Positions 10,066-19,853 of a DNA stretch of 64,000 nt are shown piece after piece. Position numbers and translations under genes: made by a program. The stretch spans positions 287 to 64,286 of the forward strand of contig CAZQAE010000016.1 in NCBI GenBank assembly GCA_964591275.1, read 5' to 3'. How positions within the stretch are numbered: position 1 is the stretch's first letter; each line of letters begins with the position of its first letter. The notes under the pieces are model-generated. The model ran no database searches. It worked only from the letters and a program-made list of their open reading frames with translations, and was not told where the DNA came from. Source of the DNA: an uncultured bacterium (lineage in GTDB: Bacteria > Lernaellota > Lernaellaia > JACKCT01).

Positions 10066-10650
10066 TTGAAGTTGATTGTCGGCCTGGGAAATCCTGGGGC
10101 TGCTTATCAGGCGACCCGTCATAACGCGGGTTGGTGGATCTGTGACATTTTAGCAAAGCGTGCGGGTGTCGATTTTTCCTCGAAAAGCAAGTTTGGGGGA
10201 CTATTTGCCCAGGCCAGAATGGCTGGAGACAGGATTGCGCTGCTGAAGCCGACGACTTTCATGAATCGGTCGGGGCAATCGGTCGGGGCAGTACTGAGAT
10301 TTTTTGACGGCGCTCCGGAGGATTTGCTGGTGATTCACGACGATGTGGATCTCGAAGCAGGTCGCATCAAAATGAAGCTAGGTGGAGGCTCGGGGGGGCA
10401 CAAGGGCTTGAAATCCATTGTCGAGACACTGGGAAATGATGAGTTTTATCGGCTGCGTTTCGGCGTGGGCCGCTCGGAAAATCCCATGGTGGAAACATCG
10501 AATTTTGTGCTGGCCAGAATTTCCGGTGAGTTGATGACGCATTTTGCCAAAGCTGCTGATGAGGCGGCGGACGCAGCCGTCTTCTTCATTGAAAATGGAT
10601 TAACGGAAACACAAAATCGTTTCCACGACAGCCGCGGATTTGAAAATTAG
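10066..10650 (+). CDS. pth: Peptidyl-tRNA hydrolase
   Basis: KLIVGLGNPG, TRHNAGW and HDDVDL motifs. TTG start. Confidence 0.9.
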   Translation: MKLIVGLGNPGAAYQATRHNAGWWICDILAKRAGVDFSSKSKFGGLFAQARMAGDRIALLKPTTFMNRSGQSVGAVLRFFDGAPEDLLVIHDDVDLEAGRIKMKLGGGSGGHKGLKSIVETLGNDEFYRLRFGVGRSENPMVETSNFVLARISGELMTHFAKAADEAADAAVFFIENGLTETQNRFHDSRGFEN

Positions 10651-10651
10651 T

Positions 10652-10675
10652 GTGCCGGATTCGCGAATCCGACAC
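10652..10675 (+). terminator. Hairpin immediately after pth (possible terminator)
   Basis: GTGCCGGATTCG/CGAATCCGACAC is a near-perfect 12-bp palindrome. There is no clear T-tract, so this is weak. Confidence 0.3.
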
Positions 10676-10804
10676 TTGAGCACGCATTGGGTTATTATCG
10701 GTTTCCCAGTAATCCGGAGCCCGAGACTTTTGAAAATGTGGAGAAAGGACGGCTGATGACTTCAGCCGCTTGTTTTACAAAATAAATCTTAGTGGAGGTG
10801 CTAA

Positions 10805-10906
10805 ATGGGTGACTTTTTATCGTTTTTCGCCCGGATCGTTGGCCTTGTCGGCTTAATGGGTGACTTTTTATCGTTTTTCGCCTGGATCGTTGGCCTTGTC
10901 GGCTTG
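10805..10906 (+). repeat. 51-bp tandem duplication including the hppA start codon
   Basis: 10805-10855 and 10856-10906 differ at 2 of 51 positions. Both begin ATGGGTGACTTTTTATCG. Confidence 0.95.
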
Positions 10907-12868
10907 TGGGCCGCATGGCAGGTTTACCAAAAAATTCTGACGGCTGATCCCGGCAACGAACTTATGGAAAGTATTGGCGATCAAATCGCGACAGGATCGG
11001 CTATTTTTCTGAAGCGTGAATATCGCGTTCTGGCTGTCTTCGGCATCGTGGTTTTCGCACTTCTGCTCATCTTTCGCGACTTCTGGACGGCCTTCGCCTT
11101 CTTGGTCGGCGGTTCTTGTTCCGTGAGCGCGGGATTCTTCGGCATGAAGGCGGCCACAAAAGCCAATGTCCGCACAGCCCAGGCTGCCGCGACCAAGGGC
11201 GCCGGGGAAGCGTTGGCGCAGGCTTTTGCCGGCGGAAATGTCATGGGTTTTCTGGTGGCGAGCCTCGGTCTTCTGGGCCTGGGACTCTTCTTCCTTTACC
11301 CGGTTTTCGCTGCCAACACGCAGTCCAACCTGACTAATTTCGCCAGCATCATCAGCGGCTTCTCCATGGGCGCCAGTTCCATCGCGCTGTTTGCACGCGT
11401 CGGCGGCGGAATCTACACGAAAGCCGCGGATGTCGGAGCGGACCTTGTGGGTAAAGTGGAAGCCGGCATTCCTGAAGACGATCCCCGCAATCCCGCCGTT
11501 ATCGCCGACAACGTAGGCGACAACGTAGGCGACGTGGCTGGCCTGGGCGCTGACCTCTTTGAATCCTACGTGGGCGCGGTCATTGCCACTATCGTCATTT
11601 CGGCCGGTATGGCCACAAAAGTTATGGAACACATGTCTCTGCCGATCGTTTTGATCACTGTCGGCCTGATCGGTTCCATTATCGGATGCAGAAAGATGGA
11701 CCAACTCAAAGACGGCGACCCTGCGGACGCACTGCGCAAGGTCACCTATTACGGCGGCGGCGTTTACGTTGTAGGCGCGTTTGCAGCTTGCGTGGCCCTT
11801 CTTTGGGGAACCGGTGAAGTTTGGGGTACATTCGGCGCAGTCGTCGTTGGTCTGTTCGCCGGTGTCGCTATCGGCCTTTTGACCGAGTACTACACAAGCT
11901 CCAAGCCGATTCACAAGATCGCTAAGGCCTCCGAGACAGGACCGGGCACCAACATCATCACCGGATTGGCCGTTGGTCTTGAATCGACAGCCCTGCCGGT
12001 TTTGGTTCTGTCCCTGGCCATCTACCTGGCTTTTAACTGGGCCGAACTTTACGGCATCGGCATCGCCGGCGTCTCCATGCTGGCCACCGTTGGCGTGACC
12101 ATGAGCGTTGACGCATACGGCCCCGTGGCCGACAACGCCGGTGGAATTGCCGAAATGGCTGCTCTCGGAGATGATGTTCGTAAGATCACCGACCGTCTCG
12201 ACGCCCAGGGCAACACCACTGCCGCTATCGGCAAAGGTTTCGCCATCGGCTCCGCCGCTCTGACGGCTCTGGCTCTTTTCTCGGCCTACTTAACGACGAC
12301 GAAAATGCAGGTGGCTGACCTGTCTCTGATGAACAACGATGTCATCGTTGGAATGTTCCTAGGCGGCATCCTGCCCTTCCTGGTTGGCGCCATGACCATG
12401 AACGCCGTCGGTCGCGCCGCAGGTTCCATGGTCGAAGAAGTCCGCCGTCAGTTCCGCGAAATACCGGGCATCATGGAAGGAACGGGAAAACCTGATTCCG
12501 ACCGTTGCGTCGCTATCGCTACTGATGCTGCTATCAAAGAGATGATCGCGCCGGGTCTGGCTGCGGTTATCGCTCCTGTCGCCGTCGGCTTCATCCTCGG
12601 CAAAGAGTCCCTGGGTGGTTTCCTGGCTGGCGCTACGCTCGTCGGCGTGTTCATGGCTCTGTTTATGGCTAATGCCGGCGGCGCCTGGGACAACGCGAAA
12701 AAGATCATCGAAGAAGGCCAGTACGGCGGCAAAGGCTCCGACGTGCACAAAGCCGCAGTCGTGGGCGACACCGTCGGCGATCCTTTCAAGGATACCAGCG
12801 GTCCGGCCATGAACATCCTCATTAAGCTGATGAGTGTTGTGGCTCTGGTCATCGCACCGATTTTGTGA
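10805..12868 (+). CDS. hppA: Membrane-bound proton/sodium-translocating pyrophosphatase
   Basis: [21 protein letters not shown] and [12 protein letters not shown] signature motifs, about 16 TM segments. GGAGG RBS before ATG 10805. Confidence 0.95.
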   Translation: MGDFLSFFARIVGLVGLMGDFLSFFAWIVGLVGLWAAWQVYQKILTADPGNELMESIGDQIATGSAIFLKREYRVLAVFGIVVFALLLIFRDFWTAFAFLVGGSCSVSAGFFGMKAATKANVRTAQAAATKGAGEALAQAFAGGNVMGFLVASLGLLGLGLFFLYPVFAANTQSNLTNFASIISGFSMGASSIALFARVGGGIYTKAADVGADLVGKVEAGIPEDDPRNPAVIADNVGDNVGDVAGLGADLFESYVGAVIATIVISAGMATKVMEHMSLPIVLITVGLIGSIIGCRKMDQLKDGDPADALRKVTYYGGGVYVVGAFAACVALLWGTGEVWGTFGAVVVGLFAGVAIGLLTEYYTSSKPIHKIAKASETGPGTNIITGLAVGLESTALPVLVLSLAIYLAFNWAELYGIGIAGVSMLATVGVTMSVDAYGPVADNAGGIAEMAALGDDVRKITDRLDAQGNTTAAIGKGFAIGSAALTALALFSAYLTTTKMQVADLSLMNNDVIVGMFLGGILPFLVGAMTMNAVGRAAGSMVEEVRRQFREIPGIMEGTGKPDSDRCVAIATDAAIKEMIAPGLAAVIAPVAVGFILGKESLGGFLAGATLVGVFMALFMANAGGAWDNAKKIIEEGQYGGKGSDVHKAAVVGDTVGDPFKDTSGPAMNILIKLMSVVALVIAPIL

Positions 12869-12904
12869 TAAACGCAAATCGGCTGACAATTGAATAATCG
12901 ATTG

Positions 12905-12930
12905 GGAGGGGCGGGTTTTTCGCCCCTTCC
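12905..12930 (+). terminator. GC-rich hairpin after hppA
   Basis: GGAGGGGCG-GGTTTTT-CGCCCCTTCC lies 37 nt after the hppA stop. Confidence 0.4.
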
Positions 12931-12999
12931 TCTCCTTGCTCCGCATAAAGCGCAATTGGGTGCTTATTAGGGGCTGATGAAGACCGTAAGGAGGTTAAA

Positions 13000-13752
13000 T
13001 TGCTGCGCAAGTACGAAGTGATGTATATTCTGCGACATGACGCCCCAACCGACGTCACGCAGGCCGCCATTGACAAGATCAAAGACACGATCACAGGACA
13101 GGGCGGAACCATTCTCCTCGCCGAGAGTTGGGGAAAGCGAAAGCTGGCTTACGAAATCGAAAAGGCCAGCAAAGGCATCTACCAACTCACCACATTTGCA
13201 GGCCAGGCATCTTCAATCAAAGAAATGGAACGCGTTTTCAGGATGCATCCGCAGGTTCTGCGCTGGCTCACTGTTTTACTCGACGACAAGGTAAAAGATT
13301 TGGATGCGGAAATCGCGCATTACGCCACGGTTACGCCGCGCCTCGATCCGATTGACTCGGACGAAGGCCGACCTCGCCCCCCGGTTGCCAAACCTTCCGA
13401 TTCGGTTGTACCCGAAAAAACCACCGGAGAAAAAAGCGAAACCACAGGCGAGGCATCGAAGCTGGAAACCGAGAAAGCTTCCGAAAAAAGCCAGGAAGTA
13501 CAGCCGGAGAAGTCGGTCGATGCGCCGGTCGATGCGCCGGTCGAAGTTGAGCCGGTCGCGGAAAAGACCGAAAGCGCTTCAACCGACAGCGTCGAAACCA
13601 AGGGCGACACTGAAGCCAAGGACGACACTGAAGTTAAAGACGACGCTGAAGCTAAGGACGACGCTGAAGTTAAAGACGACGCTGAAGCTAAAGACGACGC
13701 TGAAGCCAAGGACGACGGTGAAGCTAAGGACGACGCCGAAACCAAAGAGTAA
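13000..13752 (+). CDS. rpsF: 30S ribosomal protein S6 with long acidic C-terminal extension
   Basis: RKYEVMYILRHD and ESWGKRKLAYEIEK S6 core (~100 aa), followed by ~150 aa of E/D/K-rich tail with KDD(A/T)E(A/V) repeats. TTG start. Confidence 0.85.
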   Translation: MLRKYEVMYILRHDAPTDVTQAAIDKIKDTITGQGGTILLAESWGKRKLAYEIEKASKGIYQLTTFAGQASSIKEMERVFRMHPQVLRWLTVLLDDKVKDLDAEIAHYATVTPRLDPIDSDEGRPRPPVAKPSDSVVPEKTTGEKSETTGEASKLETEKASEKSQEVQPEKSVDAPVDAPVEVEPVAEKTESASTDSVETKGDTEAKDDTEVKDDAEAKDDAEVKDDAEAKDDAEAKDDGEAKDDAETKE

Positions 13753-13825
13753 TTCGCAGGATGAATTCTGCGCCTTAACGTGCTAAAATCCTTTTCAAAC
13801 CGACCGGGTACAAGGGGATGGAGAC

Positions 13826-14236
13826 ATGCCGAGCTACAACAAAGTCATTCTCATGGGCAACCTGACCAGGGATCCCGAAAAGCGCTACACGCAGGGCGGA
13901 ACATGCGTCGTGAATATTGGCCTCGCCGTTAATCGACGGATTAAGCGAAACGAAGAATGGATTGAAGAGGTTAGCTTCTTCGACATCGTCGTTTTCGGCG
14001 TACAGGCTGAGAACTGCGCAAAATTCCTCTCCAAGGGGCGTCCCATCCTCGTGGATGGAGAACTCCAGCAGCGCCGGTGGGAAACGCCGGAAGGACAGAA
14101 GCGAAACAAGGTCGAGATTGTTGCCAGCAGAGTTGCTTTTCTGGGCTCCAGGCCGGATGGCGGGGGCCAGGATCTAAGCAACCAGGGCGCAAACACCGGA
14201 CCACCGCCTATCGAAGATGACGACATCCCCTTTTAA
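13826..14236 (+). CDS. ssb: Single-stranded DNA-binding protein
   Basis: NKVILMGNLTRDPE OB-fold N-terminus and the C-terminal acidic tip DDDIPF. Confidence 0.9.
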   Translation: MPSYNKVILMGNLTRDPEKRYTQGGTCVVNIGLAVNRRIKRNEEWIEEVSFFDIVVFGVQAENCAKFLSKGRPILVDGELQQRRWETPEGQKRNKVEIVASRVAFLGSRPDGGGQDLSNQGANTGPPPIEDDDIPF

Positions 14237-14270
14237 AAAAGGGCCTAGTGGATAACGTGGAGAAAAAATT

Positions 14271-14522
14271 ATGAGTATCGATAAACTTAGTGGAAAGAAA
14301 CGCAAGCTATTACAGAGAAAACGATGCCGGTTCTGCCAGGATGCGGACTTGGTCATCAATTATAAAGAAACAAAAATCCTCTCCCATTTTATTACGGAAC
14401 GGGGGAAGATTATTCCGCGACGCATTTCAGGCACCTGCGCCAGACATCAGCGGCAAGTGATGATGCAAATTAAGCGGGCAAGGCATGTCGCTTTGCTGCC
14501 TTTCGTTGACGTCAGCGTCTAG
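14271..14522 (+). CDS. rpsR: 30S ribosomal protein S18
   Basis: CRFC..., [33 protein letters not shown]. Confidence 0.9.
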   Translation: MSIDKLSGKKRKLLQRKRCRFCQDADLVINYKETKILSHFITERGKIIPRRISGTCARHQRQVMMQIKRARHVALLPFVDVSV

Positions 14523-14537
14523 CGAGGTCCAAAGGCT

Positions 14538-15494
14538 TTGCTGTCGGCTTTTGCCGTTGCAATCTTTTTGGCGATGCTGGCAGCCTCGGCGGCTATGCCG
14601 TCTATGCTGGTTGTCGTCGGTGAACGACGGGGCAAGGCGCACGCGTGGATATTATTAGTCGGTCTTATTGGACTGGCCGCGATGACAGGGGGGCCGGCCA
14701 CTGCGGCATGGATGACGGCTTTCATCGGCGCCCCGGCCATGGGTCTGGCTTATGGTCGGAGGACCGGAAAATCCGTCGAGTCGATCTTTCTCATTGCATT
14801 TGGCGCCAGCGTTGCGGGCTTTATTCTTGTCGCTATGGCAACGTCCATGGGAACGGGATTCGGCGCAGAGCAGCTTGATATCCTCGTAACGGCAACACGC
14901 GTTGAGCGCCCAGGCGTTTTTTTACGTAGCGGGTTGATCGATCCTGTATTGCTTGAACAACTCGCGAGTCTACCGGCGGAAGTCCGTATCGACCCGGGTC
15001 TGTTTCTGGGATTTCTGATCTACATTCCCGGTGTGTATCTTGTGCTGGCATCGCTTATCGTTTGGCTGAACATGATCACCGTGTCCAGATTCAATCCTTC
15101 CGTGGGAATAAGCGGTGGCGCTACGGAGTTTGAAAATTGGTCGGCGCCTGAGTCCTGGGTTTTTTTGGTGGTCGCGCCCGGACTGATTCTGGCTCTTTCG
15201 GGAAATCCGTGGGCTGAAGCGATTGCGGGGAATATTCTGATCGTTTCGATCATGCCCTTTTTTTTCCAGGGCATGGCCATTACGCGATTTGCAATGGATA
15301 GATTTCAATTGAGTCCGGGCATGCGGATCATCGGATACGCCCTGCTTCTCGGGCTTTTGGATGTTATGATGTTCATTCCGGCCGTCGCAATGGTTGGAAT
15401 CATGGATATCTGGTTGGATTTCAGACGGTTGAAAAAACCGACATCGGCCACAAAGGACGAGTCGGCCAAAGAAGATAAAGGAGATCAGACATGA
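14538..15494 (+). CDS. DUF2232 (YybS-like) membrane protein
   Basis: Polytopic membrane protein in the conserved slot between rpsR and rplI. Confidence 0.5.
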   Translation: MLSAFAVAIFLAMLAASAAMPSMLVVVGERRGKAHAWILLVGLIGLAAMTGGPATAAWMTAFIGAPAMGLAYGRRTGKSVESIFLIAFGASVAGFILVAMATSMGTGFGAEQLDILVTATRVERPGVFLRSGLIDPVLLEQLASLPAEVRIDPGLFLGFLIYIPGVYLVLASLIVWLNMITVSRFNPSVGISGGATEFENWSAPESWVFLVVAPGLILALSGNPWAEAIAGNILIVSIMPFFFQGMAITRFAMDRFQLSPGMRIIGYALLLGLLDVMMFIPAVAMVGIMDIWLDFRRLKKPTSATKDESAKEDKGDQT

Positions 15495-15934
15495 AGGTCA
15501 TCTTGCTAAAGGATGTAGACAATGTTGGGAAAATAGGGGATTCGCTTTCCGTGGCCGACGGGTATGCCAGAAATTACCTTATCCCTCGGGATATGGCGAT
15601 TACGGCGACCGAGCGCTCATTGAAAAAATTGAATCATCAAAAGCGCCTGGCCGAAGACAGAAAACGCAAGGAAGTCGCCGGCGCCGAGATTATCAAGCGC
15701 AAGATTGAATCCCTGCAGATTACTATTCCGGCAAAGGTTGGCGAGGAAGAAAAACTGTATGGATCGGTGACAAGCCGAAACATTCAGGAGGCTCTTGAAA
15801 AGTTTGACGTGCGGATGCCAAAGCGCGACATCCTTCTCGAAGAACCAATCAGGAGCATTGGCGTTTTCGAAGTTCCCATCAAGTTGGGTTATGAAGTCCA
15901 GGCAACAGCCAAGGTCTGGATCGTCAAGGAATAG
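15491..15934 (+). CDS. rplI: 50S ribosomal protein L9
   Basis: MKVILLKDVDNVGKIGD...VADGYARNYLIP. Confidence 0.92.
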   Translation: MKVILLKDVDNVGKIGDSLSVADGYARNYLIPRDMAITATERSLKKLNHQKRLAEDRKRKEVAGAEIIKRKIESLQITIPAKVGEEEKLYGSVTSRNIQEALEKFDVRMPKRDILLEEPIRSIGVFEVPIKLGYEVQATAKVWIVKE

Positions 15935-16019
15935 CCGCCGAAAAGAGCCTTTGACAAAGGGATGAAAAACTTCTTTTAAGAAGGGTTTTCTCCCTTTGAG
16001 TTTTGGCGAAGGTTAAACT

Positions 16020-17441
16020 GTGGGGGACGTCGTGGGCGACAACAATGCCATCCTCAGAGAGCCCCCTTATTCCGACGAGGCCGAACTCGCCGTTATCACC
16101 GGCATCTGTTGGCGCAATGACGCCATCGACCAGATCGCCGACCAGCTCAGCGAAGAGCATTTTTACAGGACCGCGCACAAACTGGTTTACCGCACGATGG
16201 TCGCGCTGCATCAAAAGGGCGACACTATTGATCTGGTGACGTTGGGTGAAGCCCTGAAAACCAGCGGCAGCCTGGATGCGATCGGCGGCCTGGCCTTTCT
16301 GGCTAATCTTCTCAATACCGCCACAACCTCCGCCAGCATTGTTTCACACGCCAATGTGGTTTTTGAAAAAGCCATGCTGCGTCGTCTCATCAACGCTGCG
16401 CACAATATCCTGGCCGACGCCTACACCCCGACTCGCGACGCCGACGAGATCATTGAGGACGCCGAACGAGCGGTCCTTGAAGTGGCTGAAGAAAAGATCA
16501 AGGAAGGAATCATTCCGATTTCCTCCATCGTCCGCGATTCCATAAAACACCTGGAGGACATCGCCAAAACGGGGAACCCGGTTTCGGGCGTACCCAGCGG
16601 CTTTGCCGACTTGGACCGTATGACCAACGGATTCCAAAAAGGCGATCTGATCATTCTGGCCGCCAGGCCCGCAATGGGGAAAACGGCGCTGGCCTTAAAC
16701 ATCGCCGCCCATGCCTCCTCCAAGTACGAGGCTCATAAAAACGTATTGTTCTTTTCGCTGGAAATGCCGCGCACGCAACTTGGCCTGCGCCTGATATGTT
16801 CCACTGCCGAGATCAATCTGTCGGCCATGCGCAACGCGCAATTGATCGAGGCCAACTTCGACCGGCTCACGAAATCGGCCGGCGAACTCTACGAAAGCCG
16901 GTTGTTCATCGACGACACGGGCGCTTTGAGCCTCATGGATATACGCTCGAAAGCCAGACGGATGAAAGCGGAGCATGGATTGGACATGGTCTTCATTGAT
17001 TATATCCAGCTTATGGAGCCGCCGAAGGCATCCCAAAACCGCGAGCAGGAAATCAGTAAAATCAGCCGGAACTTGAAGCTTCTGGCCAAGGAAATGGAAA
17101 TTCCCGTCATCGCCCTGGCGCAGCTCAACCGCTCGCCGGAGGCCCGCACCGACAAGCGTCCCCTCATGAGCGATCTTCGTGAATCCGGCGCTTTGGAGCA
17201 GGACGCGGATATGATCATCTTCATCTATCGCGACGAAGTTTATAATCAGGAAAGGGACGACAACAGGGGCAAGGCGGAGATAATTTTATCCAAGCACCGC
17301 AACGGCAGGACCGGCTCCATCGAACTGGAATTTCAGGGACAGTACGCCCGATTCAGGAGCGTCGCCCGGCGTGACAACGTTCCCGAGGAATATTTGCCCG
17401 AAGAGCCTGGTGAAGATTTTGAGGACGTATCGTTCCCATAG
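16020..17441 (+). CDS. dnaB: Replicative DNA helicase DnaB
   Basis: Walker A ARPAMGKTALAL, FSLEM, IDYIQLM, and the SRNLKLLAKEMEIPVIALAQLNR and ESGALEQDAD motifs. GTG start. Confidence 0.95.
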   Translation: MGDVVGDNNAILREPPYSDEAELAVITGICWRNDAIDQIADQLSEEHFYRTAHKLVYRTMVALHQKGDTIDLVTLGEALKTSGSLDAIGGLAFLANLLNTATTSASIVSHANVVFEKAMLRRLINAAHNILADAYTPTRDADEIIEDAERAVLEVAEEKIKEGIIPISSIVRDSIKHLEDIAKTGNPVSGVPSGFADLDRMTNGFQKGDLIILAARPAMGKTALALNIAAHASSKYEAHKNVLFFSLEMPRTQLGLRLICSTAEINLSAMRNAQLIEANFDRLTKSAGELYESRLFIDDTGALSLMDIRSKARRMKAEHGLDMVFIDYIQLMEPPKASQNREQEISKISRNLKLLAKEMEIPVIALAQLNRSPEARTDKRPLMSDLRESGALEQDADMIIFIYRDEVYNQERDDNRGKAEIILSKHRNGRTGSIELEFQGQYARFRSVARRDNVPEEYLPEEPGEDFEDVSFP

Positions 17442-17486
17442 ATCGTGCCGGCATCTCGATTTCCTCAAGAGAAAAGGAAGCAGCTT

Positions 17487-18332
17487 ATGTTCAAAAAAAT
17501 ATCCATCGCTGTTATCGGCGCGGGCAATATGGGAGAAATTCTGATTCAGGGACTGCTGGCGGCGAAGGTCATTGACGCCAGTCGCCTGAGCGCCGTGGAA
17601 ATTCTGCCCGACCGGCGCGAGGACATCAAAAAAACGCACGGCATCAGCGTATCCGAGGACATGGCGGCAGTGCGCGGCAAGGATATCGTCATCATCGCCG
17701 TTAAACCGCAAGTATTAGATGCAACCCTGGCGCAACTTAAGGAAATACTCGTCCAAAAACAGATCCTGATCAGCATCGCCGCAGGTATCTCCACGCAGCG
17801 TATTACAAAGGATCTTGGGTGCGAGAAAAAAATCCCCGTGGTGCGCGTCATGCCCAACGCCTGCGCCCAGGTGCTGCAGGGCGCTAGCGCTTTATTCGCC
17901 GGCGAGCACGCGGGGCGTCGGGAACTGGATTTGGCGAAAGGAATTTTTGACTGCGTCGGTCGCGTCACCGTTGTTAAAAAGGAATGGCTGATGGACGTGG
18001 TGACCGGCTTGTCCGGCTCTGGCCCCGCCTACGTGTTTTTGATGATCGAGGCCTTGTCCGATGCCGGAGTTCAGATTGGCCTTCCGCGCAAAGTCGCCAA
18101 CATGCTCGCGGCGCAGACCGTGTACGGCGCCGGAAAGATGTTTCTGGAAACCGGCAAGCCCGTCAGCGAATTGAAGGACCTCGTGGCTACGCCAGGCGGC
18201 ACGACCTTCGCCGGCCTCAAGGCTCTGGAAAAGGGCAACTTCCGCTCCACCGTCGGAGACGCCGTCGAGGCTGCGGCGAAACGCAGCCGGGAACTGGGAC
18301 TCCTCGATCCGTCCGAACTGCTGGGACGTTAA
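17487..18332 (+). CDS. proC: Pyrroline-5-carboxylate reductase
   Basis: IAVIGAGNMG Rossmann motif and the C-terminal VATPGGTTFAGL motif. Internal ATG 17487 is preferred over the ORF-track start. Confidence 0.88.
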   Translation: MFKKISIAVIGAGNMGEILIQGLLAAKVIDASRLSAVEILPDRREDIKKTHGISVSEDMAAVRGKDIVIIAVKPQVLDATLAQLKEILVQKQILISIAAGISTQRITKDLGCEKKIPVVRVMPNACAQVLQGASALFAGEHAGRRELDLAKGIFDCVGRVTVVKKEWLMDVVTGLSGSGPAYVFLMIEALSDAGVQIGLPRKVANMLAAQTVYGAGKMFLETGKPVSELKDLVATPGGTTFAGLKALEKGNFRSTVGDAVEAAAKRSRELGLLDPSELLGR

Positions 18333-18458
18333 AGCTCCTGATTTTCTTCTTCTGCCCTTTTTACCTGATCGCTTCAATTGACGGCGGCGCGTCGAAACGC
18401 TAATCCTAAAAGAGCAAGTTTTTTCATCAAACATCCTTGTCATTATGCGGGGAAAAAA

Positions 18459-19757
18459 ATGACGCAAAAGTGCACATTGGGATTGCCTGTCGCCACAATT
18501 TTTCTCGCTTTCGCTCTTCTTGCCGGGCAACCGGTATTGGCGCAAAGCGATGATGCGCTCATCACCCGGGAAAACTGGGGCGCGCAGACAGGATTTGTCT
18601 CGGACCTAAACATTCCGGGATTTCAATCAGGCATGACCATTGACGCCGGCAATGTCGAGCAATTTAAGGATTATTTGCCCGAGCCTGTGCTTTTGATGCT
18701 CAGAAAATACAAGCTGAAGATACGCACAAGGGATTACGCGCCCTATGCCCCGAGCGACGGTTACATCGCGGCGACAAACAAGCACAGGGGCACAGCGCGC
18801 CTAGTCGAGATCGGCGACAGCACAAAAATTACGGGCCTGGAAAATTATCACGCGGGTCTGCCTTTTCCCGATCCGAAAACCGGTCGCGAGGTGGCGTGGA
18901 ATTTTTTTAACAGTTACCACGGCGACGACGGCAAGCATGAGTTTGGCGTGTTCTGGATTTCAGCAAAAAAGGGCGTGGAAAGCAGTGAACGCTGGCGCTG
19001 GACGCTGATCAACAACTCGATGCATCGCACCGACATCGAGCCGATCCCGCGCCTGGAGAAGATCGCGAAAAAGAATATTGCTGCCACATCGATCACGGAA
19101 ATCCTTTCGCCCATGGATCGCAAGGGGCAAATGGCGCTGTACAATATTTACGATAATCCCGTGGAGCGGGAAGGCTGGATTTATATCCCGGCGCAGAGAC
19201 GAACCATGCGCTTCACCAGTGAAAACCACGGCGAGTCCTGGAACAACACCGATCTTTTCTATGAGGATATTCGGGGATACTCGGGCAGGCCGGAATGGAT
19301 GGATTGGAAGATATTAGCGAAAACGACGATGCTCGCGCCCATGTGCGCCGGCGTGAAATACGGTCCCGAGGCCGCGAAAGAAACCTATGATTTTGAAAAT
19401 CCTCCCCATTGGAATCCACGCCTGAACTGGCAGCCACGCCCGGTTTATGTCCTGGAATTGACGCCGAAATTTAAGAAGTATCCCTATAGCAAACAAATCC
19501 TATTCGTGGATGCGCAAGGCTACTACGCGCACGCGAAGATAGCTTATGACCGCAAGGGCCAGCCCTGGAAACTGGTTCTTAACGCAACGAACGAATCTCT
19601 CGATCCTACGTCCAAGCCGCTTACTATCGCCACGTCGCTGGTGATCGACCTGCAGGCCGGGCACGCCACGGCCTTTCCCTGGTACGCTTATGAAGCGAAT
19701 ACCGGAGTGGATCCGAATATGTTTTCACTGACGACTTTGAGGAAACGCGCAAGATAA
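18459..19757 (+). CDS. DUF1329-like secreted protein (LolA-like fold family)
   Basis: Signal peptide ...LAGQPVLAQ, and the GLPFPDPKTGREVAWNF motif remembered from DUF1329 proteins. The assignment is from memory only. Confidence 0.45.
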   Translation: MTQKCTLGLPVATIFLAFALLAGQPVLAQSDDALITRENWGAQTGFVSDLNIPGFQSGMTIDAGNVEQFKDYLPEPVLLMLRKYKLKIRTRDYAPYAPSDGYIAATNKHRGTARLVEIGDSTKITGLENYHAGLPFPDPKTGREVAWNFFNSYHGDDGKHEFGVFWISAKKGVESSERWRWTLINNSMHRTDIEPIPRLEKIAKKNIAATSITEILSPMDRKGQMALYNIYDNPVEREGWIYIPAQRRTMRFTSENHGESWNNTDLFYEDIRGYSGRPEWMDWKILAKTTMLAPMCAGVKYGPEAAKETYDFENPPHWNPRLNWQPRPVYVLELTPKFKKYPYSKQILFVDAQGYYAHAKIAYDRKGQPWKLVLNATNESLDPTSKPLTIATSLVIDLQAGHATAFPWYAYEANTGVDPNMFSLTTLRKRAR

Positions 19758-19853
19758 TGGCCCGCGCAATTTTGTTGATTTCTAGGGAATTGCAATTTGA
19801 CGGAGCCGCTTTTTTGTAGCAATCTCATGGACTCTATCCGGAGGTAAATACTC

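Noticed and set aside
10868-11914. 348-aa minus-strand ORF inside hppA
   Set aside because: It is antisense to a gene with unmistakable H+-PPase signature motifs. It has no recognisable motifs itself and is typical of GC-rich antisense open frames.
13304-13786. 160-aa Lys/Arg/Thr-rich ORF overlapping the S6 tail in another frame
   Set aside because: It is a frame-shifted reading of the GAA/GAC-rich repeats. It has no start context and lies entirely within rpsF.
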